58,986 bases of DNA from Rubrivivax sp. (GCA_043716775.1 JAYSYB010000045.1:1-58986); one strand, 5' to 3'. Counted from the stretch's first letter, positions 47,170-57,840 are shown. Numbers and translations: made by a program. Notes: generated by a model not told the origin, from the sequence alone.

Positions 47170-48335
47170 TGCTGCACGCCGACCCACGACCACTGGTTGC
47201 CCACGTCGTCTACCGCTTCGATGTCGGCGGCCTGGAAAACGGCGTCGTCAACCTTGTCAACCGCATGACGCGCTACCGCCATGCCGTCATTGCGCTTACC
47301 GAAGCCGTGCCCGACTTCTGCCGCCGGGTGCAGCGTGACGACGTCGCCTTTGTCTCGCTGCATCAAGCGCCGGGCCACGGCTACAAGACCTACCCCGCTT
47401 TGCTGCAGCATCTGCGTGCGCTGAAACCGGCGCTGTTGCACACCCGCAACCTGGCCGCGCTGGAAATGCAGGCCGCGGCCTGGTGGGCCGGCGTGCCGGC
47501 GCGTGTGCACGGCGAACACGGCCGCGACGTCGAAGACCTGGACGGCAGCAGCCGCCGCCACCAGTGGATGCGCCGCGCCTACCGCCCCTTCGTGCAGCAC
47601 TACGTGGCCCTGTCGCGTGACCTCGAAGGCTATCTGCACCAGCGCGTCGGCGTGCCGCAGCGGCGCATCACGCAAATCTTCAACGGCGTGGACCATCAGC
47701 GCTTTGCGCCCGCCGCCAACGGCCATTCCACCCGCCAGCCCATCGCAGGCAGCCCGTTTCAAGACCCGTCGCTGTGGCTCGTGGGCACCGTGGGCCGCAT
47801 GCAGACCGTCAAGGCACAACACCTGCTGGCCGACGCCTTCGTGCAGCTGCTGCAGGCGCAACCCGCGCTGCGCGAACGGCTGCGCCTGGTGCTGGTGGGC
47901 AACGGCCCCTTGCGTGCCGACTGCGAAGCGCTGCTGCAGCAGGGCGGTGTCGCCCACCTGGCCTGGCTGCCGGGTGAACGCAGCGATGTGCCGGATGTCA
48001 TGCGGGGCCTGGATTGTTTTGTCCTGCCTTCTCTTGCTGAAGGCATCTCGAATACGATATTGGAAGCGATGGCTTGCGGGCTGCCTGTCATCGCCACCCG
48101 CGTGGGTGGCAACGCAGATCTGGTGGAGCACGGCGTCAGCGGAGAAATCGTCCCGGCAGGCAGTGCGCCGGCCCTTGCCGCCGCGCTGTCGCAGTGGGCC
48201 GCAGACCCCGCAGCTGCGGCTGCCGCAGGTCGTGCCGGCCGTCTTGCGGTTGAACGGCGCTTCAGCCTGCCGGCCATGGTCTCGGCCTATGAAACCTTGT
48301 ATGACCGACTGCTGCAGCGCGCATCAAAGGACTGA
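47169..48335 (+). CDS. GT4 glycosyltransferase (TIGR03088-like)
   Basis: GGLENGVVNL, HGEHGRD and EGISNTILEAMA; ATG overlaps the upstream stop. Confidence 0.9.
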   Translation: MLHADPRPLVAHVVYRFDVGGLENGVVNLVNRMTRYRHAVIALTEAVPDFCRRVQRDDVAFVSLHQAPGHGYKTYPALLQHLRALKPALLHTRNLAALEMQAAAWWAGVPARVHGEHGRDVEDLDGSSRRHQWMRRAYRPFVQHYVALSRDLEGYLHQRVGVPQRRITQIFNGVDHQRFAPAANGHSTRQPIAGSPFQDPSLWLVGTVGRMQTVKAQHLLADAFVQLLQAQPALRERLRLVLVGNGPLRADCEALLQQGGVAHLAWLPGERSDVPDVMRGLDCFVLPSLAEGISNTILEAMACGLPVIATRVGGNADLVEHGVSGEIVPAGSAPALAAALSQWAADPAAAAAAGRAGRLAVERRFSLPAMVSAYETLYDRLLQRASKD

Positions 48336-48342
48336 CTGACCC

Positions 48343-50280
48343 ATGTGCGGAATCACCGGCTTCATCGACACGCGTTCGGCGCGCCCCGTGGACCGCGCGG
48401 TGCTGCAGCGGATGAACAACTCGCAGCACCACCGCGGCCCCGATGAAGGCAGCCTGCACATCGAAGCCGGTGTAGGCCTCGGCCACCGTCGCCTGTCCAT
48501 CATCGACATCGCCACAGGCCAGCAGCCGCTGTTCAACGAAGACGGTTCGGTGGTCGTTGTCTTCAACGGCGAGATCTACAACTACCAGGAATTGATTCCA
48601 GAGTTGCAGGGGCTGGGCCACGTCTTCCACACCAAGAGCGACACCGAAGTCATCGTTCACGCCTGGGAATCGTGGGGTGCCGACTGCGTCAAACGCTTTC
48701 GCGGCATGTTTGCCTTTGCGCTGTGGGACCGCAACCAGCAGACGCTGTTCCTGGCCCGCGACCGCCTGGGCGTCAAGCCCATGCACTACGCCTGCCTGGA
48801 CGACGGCACGCTGCTCTTCGGGTCTGAACTCAAGTCGCTGCTGGCCCACGGCGGCATGCGGCGTGAACTCGACCCGCTGGCGGTGGAAGAGTACTTTGCG
48901 CTGGGCTACGTGGCCGAGCCACGCACCATCTTCAAGCAGGCCAGGAAGCTCTCACCCGGCCACACGCTTACCGTGCGCCGCGGCCAGCCCCTGCCGCAGC
49001 CGGTTGAATACTGGGACGTGCGCTTCACGCTGTCCAACCCCATCAGCGCCGAAGACGCGCAGGCAGAACTCGTGCACCGGCTGCGCGAATCGGTCCGCCT
49101 GCGCATGATTGCCGAGGTACCGCTCGGCGCCTTCCTGTCCGGCGGTGTCGATTCCAGCGCCGTGGTGCAGGCCATGGCGGGTTTGTCGAACGAGCCCGTC
49201 AACACCTGCTCTATCGGCTTCGACGACCCGGCCTTCGACGAGAGCGACTTCGCGCAGAAGGTGGCCGACCGCTACCGCACCAACCACCGCCTGAACGTCG
49301 TCAAGAGCGACGACTTCGACCTCATCGACACCCTGGCCCGCCTGTACGACGAACCCTATGCCGACAGCTCGGCCATCCCCACCTACCGCGTCTGCCAGTT
49401 GGCGCGCCAGCATGTCACGGTGGCGCTGTCGGGCGACGGCGGCGACGAGGTGTTTGGCGGCTACCGCCGCTACCGCATGCACCTGATGGAAGAAAAGCTG
49501 CGCAGCGCGCTGCCGTCTGGCATGCGCCGGCCGTTGTTTGGCATGCTGGGCCGTGTCTATCCCAAAGCCGACTGGGCGCCGCGCGTCTTCCGCGCCAAGA
49601 CCACATTCGAAGGCATGGCGCGCACGTCGGTCGAGGCCTACTTTCATTCCGTCAGCATCCTGCGCGGCCCCATGCGCAGCCAGCTCTTCAGCCCGCAGCT
49701 GAAACTGCAGCTGGGCGGCTACGACGCGCAGCAGGTGTTCAACCACCACGCCGGCCGCGCCGACACCGAAGACCCGCTGGCGCTGATCCAGTACCTGGAC
49801 ATGAAGACCTACCTGGTGGGCGACATCAACACCAAGGTCGACCGCGCGTCGATGGCGCATTCGCTGGAAGTGCGTGAACCGCTGATGGACCACGAACTCA
49901 TCGAATGGCAGGCCACGCTGCCGTCGTCGCTGAAGATCCGCGGCCAGGAAGGCAAGTGGCTGCTGAAGAAGGCGATGGAGCCGCACCTCCCGCACGACGT
50001 GCTGTACCGGCCCAAGATGGGCTTTTCGGTGCCGCTGGCGCGGTGGTTTCGCGGCCCGCTGCGCCAGCGTGTGCAAGACGCCGTGCTGGGCGACAGGCTG
50101 GCCCAGACCGGCTGGTTCAACCGCGGTTACCTGCAGCACCTGGTGCAGGCGCACCAGTCCGGCGCCAGCGACTACAGCGCGCCGCTGTGGACGCTGCTGA
50201 TGTTTGAAGCCTTCTTGCGCAATGTGGTGGACGAGGTTCCCCACGCCGAACCGGACGTTGCAGAAGCGCTGCCTGCATGA
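48343..50280 (+). CDS. Asparagine-synthase-like glutamine amidotransferase, XrtA/EPS associated
   Basis: N-terminal MCGI (Ntn), HRGPD, FNGEIYN, LSGGVDSS, LSGDGGDE and RPKMGF. Confidence 0.92.
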   Translation: MCGITGFIDTRSARPVDRAVLQRMNNSQHHRGPDEGSLHIEAGVGLGHRRLSIIDIATGQQPLFNEDGSVVVVFNGEIYNYQELIPELQGLGHVFHTKSDTEVIVHAWESWGADCVKRFRGMFAFALWDRNQQTLFLARDRLGVKPMHYACLDDGTLLFGSELKSLLAHGGMRRELDPLAVEEYFALGYVAEPRTIFKQARKLSPGHTLTVRRGQPLPQPVEYWDVRFTLSNPISAEDAQAELVHRLRESVRLRMIAEVPLGAFLSGGVDSSAVVQAMAGLSNEPVNTCSIGFDDPAFDESDFAQKVADRYRTNHRLNVVKSDDFDLIDTLARLYDEPYADSSAIPTYRVCQLARQHVTVALSGDGGDEVFGGYRRYRMHLMEEKLRSALPSGMRRPLFGMLGRVYPKADWAPRVFRAKTTFEGMARTSVEAYFHSVSILRGPMRSQLFSPQLKLQLGGYDAQQVFNHHAGRADTEDPLALIQYLDMKTYLVGDINTKVDRASMAHSLEVREPLMDHELIEWQATLPSSLKIRGQEGKWLLKKAMEPHLPHDVLYRPKMGFSVPLARWFRGPLRQRVQDAVLGDRLAQTGWFNRGYLQHLVQAHQSGASDYSAPLWTLLMFEAFLRNVVDEVPHAEPDVAEALPA

Positions 50281-51491
50281 GCCTGCGCATCCTTCACGTG
50301 CTGGATCACTCGATCCCGCTGCACAGCGGCTACACCTTCCGCACGGCGGCCATCCTGCGTGAACAGCGCAAGCTGGGCTGGGACACCTTTCACCTCACCA
50401 GCCCCAAACACACCGCGCCGTCTGCCCCCGAAGAAACGGTGGACGGCCTGTCCTTCTTCCGCACGCCCGACCCCACCGGCCCGCGCCTGCCTGGGCTGGC
50501 CGAAGTGGCGCTGATGAAGGCCACGCAGACCCGCCTGCTTGAAGTCGCACAGCGCGTTCGCCCGCACCTGCTGCACGCCCATTCGCCGGTGCTCAACGCC
50601 ATACCGGCGCTGCGCGTGGGGCGCCAGCTGGGCATCCCAGTGGTCTATGAAGTGCGCGCCTTCTGGGAAGACGCCGCGGTGGACCACGGCACCACCCACG
50701 AAGGCAGCATGCGTTACCGCCTGACCCGTCGGCTTGAAACCCATGCACTGCGCCAGGCCCAGCATGTCTTCACCATCTGCGAAGGCTTGCGGGCCGACAT
50801 CGTCGGCCGCGGCATTGCCGCCAACAAGGTCACGGTCATCCCCAACGCGGTGGACATCGATTCCTTCACCCCCGGCGGCCAGCCCGACGCCGCGCTAAAG
50901 GCACGGCTCGGACTGGACGGCGCCACGGTGGTGGGCTTCATCGGGTCGTTCTACGCCTATGAAGGGCTTGACCTGCTGCTGTCGGCACTGCCCCTGCTGC
51001 TGCAGCAGCATGCCGACGTGCGCCTGCTGCTGGTGGGCGGTGGCCCGCAAGACGAAGCGCTGAAACGCCAGGCCGCAGCGCTGGGCATCACCGACAAGGT
51101 GGTGTTCACCGGCCGCGTGCCGCATGCCGACGTGCAGCGCTACTACGACCTGGTGGACGTGCTGGCCTACCCGCGCCATTCCATGCGCCTGACTGAACTG
51201 GTCACGCCGCTGAAACCGCTGGAAGCCATGGCCCAGGGCCGCGTGCTGGTGGCCAGCGACGTCGGCGGCCACCGCGAACTCATCCGCCATGGTGAAACCG
51301 GCATGCTCTTCAAGGCCGGCAGCGCAGAGGCGCTGTCTGGTGAACTGGCCGGGCTGCTGGCGCAGCGCGGCACCTGGCCTGCATTGCGCCAAGCCGGCCG
51401 CCGCTTTGTCGAATCTGAACGCCACTGGCAAGCTTCCGTCGCGCGCTACCAGCAGCCCTTCCAGGCGCTGGTGCAAACCACCCCCGCGTGA
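50277..51491 (+). CDS. GT4 glycosyltransferase (TIGR04063-like)
   Basis: HSIPLHSGY, YEVRAFWED and VTPLKPLEAMA. Confidence 0.9.
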   Translation: MSLRILHVLDHSIPLHSGYTFRTAAILREQRKLGWDTFHLTSPKHTAPSAPEETVDGLSFFRTPDPTGPRLPGLAEVALMKATQTRLLEVAQRVRPHLLHAHSPVLNAIPALRVGRQLGIPVVYEVRAFWEDAAVDHGTTHEGSMRYRLTRRLETHALRQAQHVFTICEGLRADIVGRGIAANKVTVIPNAVDIDSFTPGGQPDAALKARLGLDGATVVGFIGSFYAYEGLDLLLSALPLLLQQHADVRLLLVGGGPQDEALKRQAAALGITDKVVFTGRVPHADVQRYYDLVDVLAYPRHSMRLTELVTPLKPLEAMAQGRVLVASDVGGHRELIRHGETGMLFKAGSAEALSGELAGLLAQRGTWPALRQAGRRFVESERHWQASVARYQQPFQALVQTTPA

Positions 51492-52615
51492 TGGCGCCGA
51501 CAGGTTCATTGGCCGGCTTGCGCGTCGGCCTGATCGGCCCCCTGCCGCCGCCCGCCGGCGGCATGGCCAACCAGACACGCCAGCTCGCTGAACTGCTGGG
51601 CGGCCGCCAGGCCCAGGTGCAGCTGGTGCAGACCAATGCACCGTACCGGCCCGCCTGGGTGGGGCAGGTGCCGCTGGCACGCGCCGTCTTCCGACTGCTG
51701 CCTTACCTGGTGCAACTGTGGCGGGCCACGGGCCGCAGCGACGTGATGCACCTCATGGCCAACTCGGGCTGGTCGTGGCACCTCTTTGCCGCGCCCGCCA
51801 TCTGGGTGGCGCGCCTGCGTCGCACGCCGGTGGTGGTCAACTACCGCGGCGGCGAAGCCGAAGGTTTCCTGGCCCGCAACCGCCGCGTGGTGGGTTGGTC
51901 GCTGCAGCAGACGGCGCGCATCATCGTGCCGTCGGGCTTTCTGCAAGCCGTGTTTGCCGGCCAGGGCCTGGCCACCGAAGTCGTGCCCAACATCATCGAC
52001 CTGTCGCGCTTCCATCCTGCCGACAAGTCCGCAGCCGGCGCGGCCGCATCACCGCACGTGCTGGTGGCGCGCAACCTCGAACCCATCTACGACAACGCCA
52101 CCGCGCTGCGCGCCTTTGCCCAAGTGCTGCAGCAGTGCCCGCAGGCGCGCATGACGATCGCCGGCACCGGCCCGCAAGCAGCTGAGTTGCAGCAACTGGC
52201 GCAGCAACTGGGCATTGCCGGCGCGGTGACGTTTTGCGGCCGGCTCGACCGTGACGAGATGGCCGCGCTGCTGCGCCAAAGCACCGTGGCGCTGAACCCG
52301 AGCCTGGTGGACAACATGCCGAACTCGGTGCTTGAAGCGCTGGCCAGCGGCGTGCCGGTGGTCAGCACGCGCGTGGGCGGGGTGCCGCACATCGTGCAGG
52401 ACGGCGTCACCGCGCTGCTGGTGCCGCCGCGCGACCCCGCCGCCATGGCCGCCGCGCTGTTGCGCGTCATCACCGACGCAGCCCTGGCCACAAGCCTGGC
52501 CCGCGCCGGCCTGCAGGACGTGCAGCGCTACACCTGGGACCGCGTGGCCCCGCAATGGGCTGCCGTGTACGGTGCCGCCGTAGCCCGCAGATCGGCGGGG
52601 GCTGCAGCGCCATGA
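51491..52615 (+). CDS. GT4 glycosyltransferase
   Basis: PPPAGGMANQ, RNLEPIY and DNMPNSVLEALA. Confidence 0.88.
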   Translation: MAPTGSLAGLRVGLIGPLPPPAGGMANQTRQLAELLGGRQAQVQLVQTNAPYRPAWVGQVPLARAVFRLLPYLVQLWRATGRSDVMHLMANSGWSWHLFAAPAIWVARLRRTPVVVNYRGGEAEGFLARNRRVVGWSLQQTARIIVPSGFLQAVFAGQGLATEVVPNIIDLSRFHPADKSAAGAAASPHVLVARNLEPIYDNATALRAFAQVLQQCPQARMTIAGTGPQAAELQQLAQQLGIAGAVTFCGRLDRDEMAALLRQSTVALNPSLVDNMPNSVLEALASGVPVVSTRVGGVPHIVQDGVTALLVPPRDPAAMAAALLRVITDAALATSLARAGLQDVQRYTWDRVAPQWAAVYGAAVARRSAGAAAP

Positions 52616-53970
52616 GCCTGTACACCGCTGCCGTTTCTGGCCTGCTCTTCCCGCTGCACGAACGCATCAAGTCGCACAGCACCGTGGCCGTGCGCCGGCA
52701 GATGGAAAAGTCGCAGTGGTGGGACGCCGGCCGCCTCCAGGCCCTGCAGGTCGAACGCCTGCGCGCCCTGCTGACCGAGGCCGGCCGCGCCGTGCCCTAT
52801 TACCGCGACATCTTCGCGCGGCTGAAGTTTGACCCGCAGGCCGTCACCCGCGTGTCCGACCTGCAGGCCCTGCCGATGCTGGACAAGGCCACCATCCGCC
52901 AGCACACCGAAGCCCTGAAACACCCGCAGGCCCGGGGCCTGGCCCGCTTCAACACCGGTGGCTCATCGGGTGAGCCGCTGATCTTCTTCATCGGCAAGGA
53001 ACGTGTCAGCCACGACGTGGCCGCCAAGTGGCGCGCCACCCGCTGGTGGGGCGTGGACATCGGCGACCCAGAAATCGTGGTCTGGGGGTCACCCATCGAA
53101 CTGGGTGCACAAGACCGCGTGCGCCGCGTGCGCGACGCGCTGTTGCGCACCAGCCTGCTGCCCGCTTTTGAGATGAGCGACACGCGGCTGGACGGCTTTG
53201 TGCAAGACATCCGCCAGCGCAAACCGCGCATGCTGTTTGGCTACCCGTCGGCGCTGTCGCACATTGCCAAGCACGCCGAAAAGCGGGGCATCGGCATGAC
53301 TGACCTGGGCATTCGCGTCGCCTTCGTCACCAGCGAACGCCTGTACGACGACCAGCGCGACACCATCTCACGCGTCTTCGGTTGCCCGGTGGCCAACGGC
53401 TACGGCGGCCGCGACGCGGGCTTCATCGCTCACCAGTGCCCCAAAGGCGGCATGCACCTGACAGCAGAAGACATCGTGGTCGAAATCATCGGCAGCAACG
53501 GCCAGCCGGTGCCCGACGGTGAAGCCGGCGAAATCGTCACCACCCACTTGGCCACGCGCGACTTTCCCTTCATCCGCTACCGCACCGGCGACGTGGCCGT
53601 GCGCGACCCCGCGCCCTGCCAATGTGGCCGCGGCCTGCCGCTGCTGAAAGAAATCCAGGGCCGCGCCACCGACTTCGTGGTGGCCGCCGACGGCACCGTG
53701 CTGCACGGCCTGGCGCTGATCTACATCCTGCGTGACCTGGCCAGTGTGCAGGCCTTCAAGGTGGTGCAACACACGCGCCAGCGCACCAGCGTGCAGGTGG
53801 TAGCCGACGAGCGCTTCGACGCCGGCGCCGCGGCCGCAGTGGTGGCCGGGTTCAAACGCCGGTTGGGCGCGGAAGTGGATGTGGACGTGCAGCGGGTCGA
53901 AGCCATTGCGCCAGAGAAGTCGGGCAAGTTTCGCTACATCGTCAGCCATGTCGCCACGGCGTCGGCTTGA
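52612..53970 (+). CDS. Phenylacetate-CoA-ligase-family (CapK-like) adenylate-forming enzyme
   Basis: TGGSSGEP, GYPS, YGGRD, IRYRTGD and SGKFR; ATG overlaps the upstream stop. Confidence 0.87.
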   Translation: MSLYTAAVSGLLFPLHERIKSHSTVAVRRQMEKSQWWDAGRLQALQVERLRALLTEAGRAVPYYRDIFARLKFDPQAVTRVSDLQALPMLDKATIRQHTEALKHPQARGLARFNTGGSSGEPLIFFIGKERVSHDVAAKWRATRWWGVDIGDPEIVVWGSPIELGAQDRVRRVRDALLRTSLLPAFEMSDTRLDGFVQDIRQRKPRMLFGYPSALSHIAKHAEKRGIGMTDLGIRVAFVTSERLYDDQRDTISRVFGCPVANGYGGRDAGFIAHQCPKGGMHLTAEDIVVEIIGSNGQPVPDGEAGEIVTTHLATRDFPFIRYRTGDVAVRDPAPCQCGRGLPLLKEIQGRATDFVVAADGTVLHGLALIYILRDLASVQAFKVVQHTRQRTSVQVVADERFDAGAAAAVVAGFKRRLGAEVDVDVQRVEAIAPEKSGKFRYIVSHVATASA

Positions 53971-53985
53971 AGGAGGCAGGCGGCG

Positions 53986-55299
53986 ATGCGTGACCTGCTG
54001 ATCGTCACCATCGTGATCCTGGGTGCACTGGCGGCACTGCGCCGGCCGTGGATCGGCATCATGCTCTGGACGTGGCTGAGCATCATGAACCCCCACCGCT
54101 ATGCCTTCGGCTATGCGTACGACATGCCACTGGCCGCCATAGCGGCAGGCAGCACGATGGTCGGGCTATTTGCCACCAAAGACCGCAGTTCGCCGGTCAA
54201 GGGCACGCCCGTCAAATGGTTGCTGGCCTTCATGGTGTGGATCACCGCATCCTGGCTGCTGGGCATCAACCCCGAAACCGACTATCCCCAATGGAACAAG
54301 GTCATGAAGATTTTCTTCATGGTCGTCGTGGGGCTGGCGTTGCTGCACACCAAGGAGCACATCTTTGCACTGGCCTGGGTGTCGGCTGGGTCGCTGGCGT
54401 TGCTGGGCCTGAAGGGCGGCATCTTTACCGTGATCACGGGTGGCGGATACCGAGTCTGGGGCCCACCTGGCAGCTTTATTCAGGACAACAACGAGTTTGC
54501 GTTGTCACTGGTGATGACGATCCCGCTGCTGCGTTTCCTGCAACTCCAACTGCAAACCGGTTGGCGGCGTCACTTGATGACGCTGACGATGCTGTTGTGC
54601 GCAGCCGCCGCGCTGGGCACTCACTCTCGCGGCGCACTGCTGGCGATCTCGGCGATGGCACTCGTGTTGTGGTGGCGTGGGCGCAGTCGGCTGATGGGCG
54701 GCGTGGTCATTGTGACCGCTGCGATTTCGTTGTTGGCCTTCATGCCAGAGAGCTGGCAAGCCCGCATGTCAAGCATTGGCGAGTATCAAGAAGACCGCTC
54801 TGCGCTTGGCCGTTTCAGCGCGTGGTGGAACGCCTTTGGCATCGCCAAGACGCATGTCTTCGGCGCGGGCTTCAATGCAGCGCGACCCGAGTTGTTTGCG
54901 CGTTTCTCTCCCTACCCAGACTATGTGCACGCCGCGCACAGCATCTACTTTCAGGTCATGGGCAATCACGGCTTCATTGGGCTGTTTATCTTCTTGGGCA
55001 TCTTTGTCAGCACGTACTTCATGGCAGGCAACCTGCGCACGCTGTCGCGGGGCACGCCGCAGGCAGAGTGGTGCGACACGCTCGGGGCCATGTGCCAAGT
55101 TTCTTTGGTGGGTTACGGCGCTGGAGGCGCCTTTCTCAGTCTTTCGTACTTTGACCTGCCCTACAACGTGATGATGATGGTGGTGTTGGCTCGCCTGTGG
55201 GTGCTCAGTCGCGGCTGGGAATCCGAGCCTGCTCACAACCCGGGTTGGCGCACGCTGCCTGGGCTGGCTACACCAGTAGCGAAGGCGGGCCAAAAGTGA
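53986..55299 (+). CDS. Putative O-glycosylation ligase / Wzy-like polymerase, exosortase A system
   Basis: Multi-TM; MNPHR, DNNEFAL, SRGA and AHSIYFQVMGNHG (Wzy_C-like); AGGAGG RBS. Confidence 0.87.
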   Translation: MRDLLIVTIVILGALAALRRPWIGIMLWTWLSIMNPHRYAFGYAYDMPLAAIAAGSTMVGLFATKDRSSPVKGTPVKWLLAFMVWITASWLLGINPETDYPQWNKVMKIFFMVVVGLALLHTKEHIFALAWVSAGSLALLGLKGGIFTVITGGGYRVWGPPGSFIQDNNEFALSLVMTIPLLRFLQLQLQTGWRRHLMTLTMLLCAAAALGTHSRGALLAISAMALVLWWRGRSRLMGGVVIVTAAISLLAFMPESWQARMSSIGEYQEDRSALGRFSAWWNAFGIAKTHVFGAGFNAARPELFARFSPYPDYVHAAHSIYFQVMGNHGFIGLFIFLGIFVSTYFMAGNLRTLSRGTPQAEWCDTLGAMCQVSLVGYGAGGAFLSLSYFDLPYNVMMMVVLARLWVLSRGWESEPAHNPGWRTLPGLATPVAKAGQK

Positions 55300-56258
55300 T
55301 GAGCCCTTTGCGCGCACTCTTCACAACGTTGTCGCCTTCAGGGCCTCGCGGTCGCCTGTCGATCCTCATCTTTCATCGTGTGCTGAAAGAGCCTGATCCC
55401 TTGTTCCCAGGGGAAGTGGATGCCGGTCAGTTCGACGCTATTTGCGGTTGGGTCGCCAGTTGGTTCAATACGCTGCCGCTGCACGACGCCTGTGCTCGTC
55501 TGGCCGCAGGCACCATGCCCAGCAGAGCGTTGGCCATCACCTTCGACGACGGCTATGCCGACAACCACGACGTGGCCATGCCCATCCTGCGCCGGCACGG
55601 GTTGACGGCGACCTTCTTCGTGGCCACGGGCTTTCTGGATGGTGGTCGCATGTGGAACGACAGCGTCATCGAAGCCGTGCGCCGCACACGGCAGCCGCAG
55701 CTGAACTTGGCGGCGCTGGGAGCGTCAGGACTGTCCGTATTGCCCACCACCACCAACGCCGAGCGCACGCGCGCCATCGGCGAAATCCTGCGCGCCATCA
55801 AGTACCTGCCCGTGGCCGAGCGGCTGCGCCGGGTGGACGCGCTCGTCGCCCAGGCCGAAACCAGCCTGCCCGATGACTTGATGATGACTGCAGCGCAAGT
55901 GCGTGGTCTGCACAACGCCGGCATGCAACTGGGCCCGCACACCGTGTCGCACCCCATCCTGGCACGCATGTCCAATGACGAAGCCCGGCGCGAAATCGTA
56001 GACAGCAAACGTCAACTCGAATCGATCATCGCCGCGCCGACCACCGTGTTTGCGTACCCCAACGGCAAACCCACCGAAGACTACAACCCGGACAACGTTG
56101 CGATGGTGCGCGACCTGGGTTTCCAGGCCGCGGTGTCCACCGCATGGGGTGCTGCAGACCGCTCCAGCAGCCTGTGGGAACTGCCGCGCTTCACGCCTTG
56201 GGATCGCACCCGATTCAAGTTCGGTGCGCGCCTTCTGCGTCAGTTGGCAGCCGGATGA
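55299..56258 (+). CDS. Polysaccharide deacetylase (NodB/CE4)
   Basis: FHRV, ITFDDGY, ATFFV, HTVSHPIL and FAYPNG. Confidence 0.9.
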   Translation: MSPLRALFTTLSPSGPRGRLSILIFHRVLKEPDPLFPGEVDAGQFDAICGWVASWFNTLPLHDACARLAAGTMPSRALAITFDDGYADNHDVAMPILRRHGLTATFFVATGFLDGGRMWNDSVIEAVRRTRQPQLNLAALGASGLSVLPTTTNAERTRAIGEILRAIKYLPVAERLRRVDALVAQAETSLPDDLMMTAAQVRGLHNAGMQLGPHTVSHPILARMSNDEARREIVDSKRQLESIIAAPTTVFAYPNGKPTEDYNPDNVAMVRDLGFQAAVSTAWGAADRSSSLWELPRFTPWDRTRFKFGARLLRQLAAG

Positions 56259-56268
56259 TGGGCCACAC

Positions 56269-56874
56269 ATGCTGAACCGACTGACCGAACTCCTCGCAAC
56301 CAACCACGGCACGCCACGCGGTTTTGCAAGACTCCTGCTGGCACAGGCCGAAGGCGTTCTGGGCCGACTGGACCCTTGGACCACGGACGCCAACCTGTCG
56401 GTGCAGCGTCTCGTCTTCGTCTGCCTGGGCAACATCAACCGCAGCCCTTTCGGCGCCGAGGTTGCGCGCTCGATGGGTGCGCATGCGGTGTCGCTGGGGC
56501 TTTCCACCACCACTGGTGCACCGGCCACCGAGCGGGCGGTCATCGAAGCCAGGCGTTACGGACTTGACCTTTCGCGGCACCAGGCCACCAACCTGACGGA
56601 CTACCAGCGGCTCCCTGGTGACCTGCTGCTGGCCATGGAAGTGCGGCATGTGCATCGCCTTATTGCGGGCGGCGTCGCGCCGCAGTCGATCGCCCTGCTG
56701 GGCCACTGGTCGCGCCCGCGCCGCTTGCACCTGCACGACCCGCACACGCTCGGCGCTGCGTACTTCGCCACCTGCTGTGCGCTGATTGCATCAGCCGTGC
56801 GCGAACTCATCGACGACGGCAGCAAGGCCGGCGCGCCTTTTGCGCGCGTGGCACCTGCTGCACCGGCGCCATGA
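56269..56874 (+). CDS. Low-molecular-weight protein-tyrosine-phosphatase-like protein
   Basis: VFVCLGNINRSP P-loop (CX5R) and LHDPH general-acid loop. Confidence 0.8.
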   Translation: MLNRLTELLATNHGTPRGFARLLLAQAEGVLGRLDPWTTDANLSVQRLVFVCLGNINRSPFGAEVARSMGAHAVSLGLSTTTGAPATERAVIEARRYGLDLSRHQATNLTDYQRLPGDLLLAMEVRHVHRLIAGGVAPQSIALLGHWSRPRRLHLHDPHTLGAAYFATCCALIASAVRELIDDGSKAGAPFARVAPAAPAP

Positions 56875-57824
56875 ACGTTCACCTCAGTTTCGACGTTGAA
56901 ATCTGGTGCAACGGCTGGGCCCATCTGGACCAGCGCTTTCCCGCCGCATTCGATCGCTACGTCCATGGCCGTTCAGCACACGGCAGCTACGCCTTGCCCA
57001 AGACGCTGGAACTTCTGCAGCGCCACGGTCTGCGCGGTGTGTTCTTTGTCGAGCCTCTGTTTGCCGCCCGCTTTGGCCAAGACTACCTGCGCCAGATCAC
57101 CGAGATGATCGAAGCCGCCGGTCAGGACGTGCAGTTGCACTTGCACCCCGAGTGGACCGACGAGATCCGCCCGCCGCTGATCGACGACGTTGCCCGCAAA
57201 CGGCAGCACCTCACGCTGTACACGCAGGCCGAACAAACGGCGCTCATTGCTTTTGGCAAGAAGACTCTGCAGGCGGCAACGCGCGGCACCATCAGCGCCT
57301 TTAGAGCTGGCAGCTACGCGGCCAACGCCGCCACCTACGGCGCCTTGCTTGCCAACGGCATTCACATTGACAGCAGCCTCAACGAAGTCGAGCCCGAAAG
57401 CGGCCCCGACGTTCCGGCCGCAGACCGCGGCGCGGTGGCCACGCGCGTGGGCGGCGTAGCCAGCTACCCGGTCACTGTGTTTCAAGACGGCTTCGGCCGC
57501 CTGCGGCCGGCACAGGTGGGAGCCTGCAGCTTTGCGGAAATGCGCGGCGCGCTTCTTGACGCTGAAGCCAAGGGCAGGCAGCACTTCGTCATCGTGTCGC
57601 ACAACTTCGAGATGCTGAAGCCCGGCAGCAGCGAGCCGGACATGATCGTCGTCAGCCGCTTCGAACGGCTCTGCGCCTTTCTGGGCAGCCATGGCGACCG
57701 CTTCAAAGTAGGCAGCTATCCGGCCGCGCTGCACACCGAGCCGGTCGCCACGGCAAGACCGAAGAGCAGCGTGAGCGCAACTGCCAGACGCCACGCCGAA
57801 CAGGCCTGGCGCCGCCTGCCTTGA
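56871..57824 (+). CDS. Polysaccharide-deacetylase-like protein
   Basis: SFDVE, GVFFVE, QLHLHPEW and AFRAG. Confidence 0.78.
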   Translation: MNVHLSFDVEIWCNGWAHLDQRFPAAFDRYVHGRSAHGSYALPKTLELLQRHGLRGVFFVEPLFAARFGQDYLRQITEMIEAAGQDVQLHLHPEWTDEIRPPLIDDVARKRQHLTLYTQAEQTALIAFGKKTLQAATRGTISAFRAGSYAANAATYGALLANGIHIDSSLNEVEPESGPDVPAADRGAVATRVGGVASYPVTVFQDGFGRLRPAQVGACSFAEMRGALLDAEAKGRQHFVIVSHNFEMLKPGSSEPDMIVVSRFERLCAFLGSHGDRFKVGSYPAALHTEPVATARPKSSVSATARRHAEQAWRRLP

Positions 57825-57840
57825 CGGCAAGGAACCCGAC

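Noticed and set aside
12495-50280. Lasso-peptide cluster (RRE + kinase + nucleotidyltransferase + asparagine-synthase homologue)
   Set aside because: The AsnB-like gene is over 33 kb away inside the EPS operon and keeps an intact MCGI glutaminase domain. No transglutaminase-like B2 peptidase or short lasso precursor was seen.
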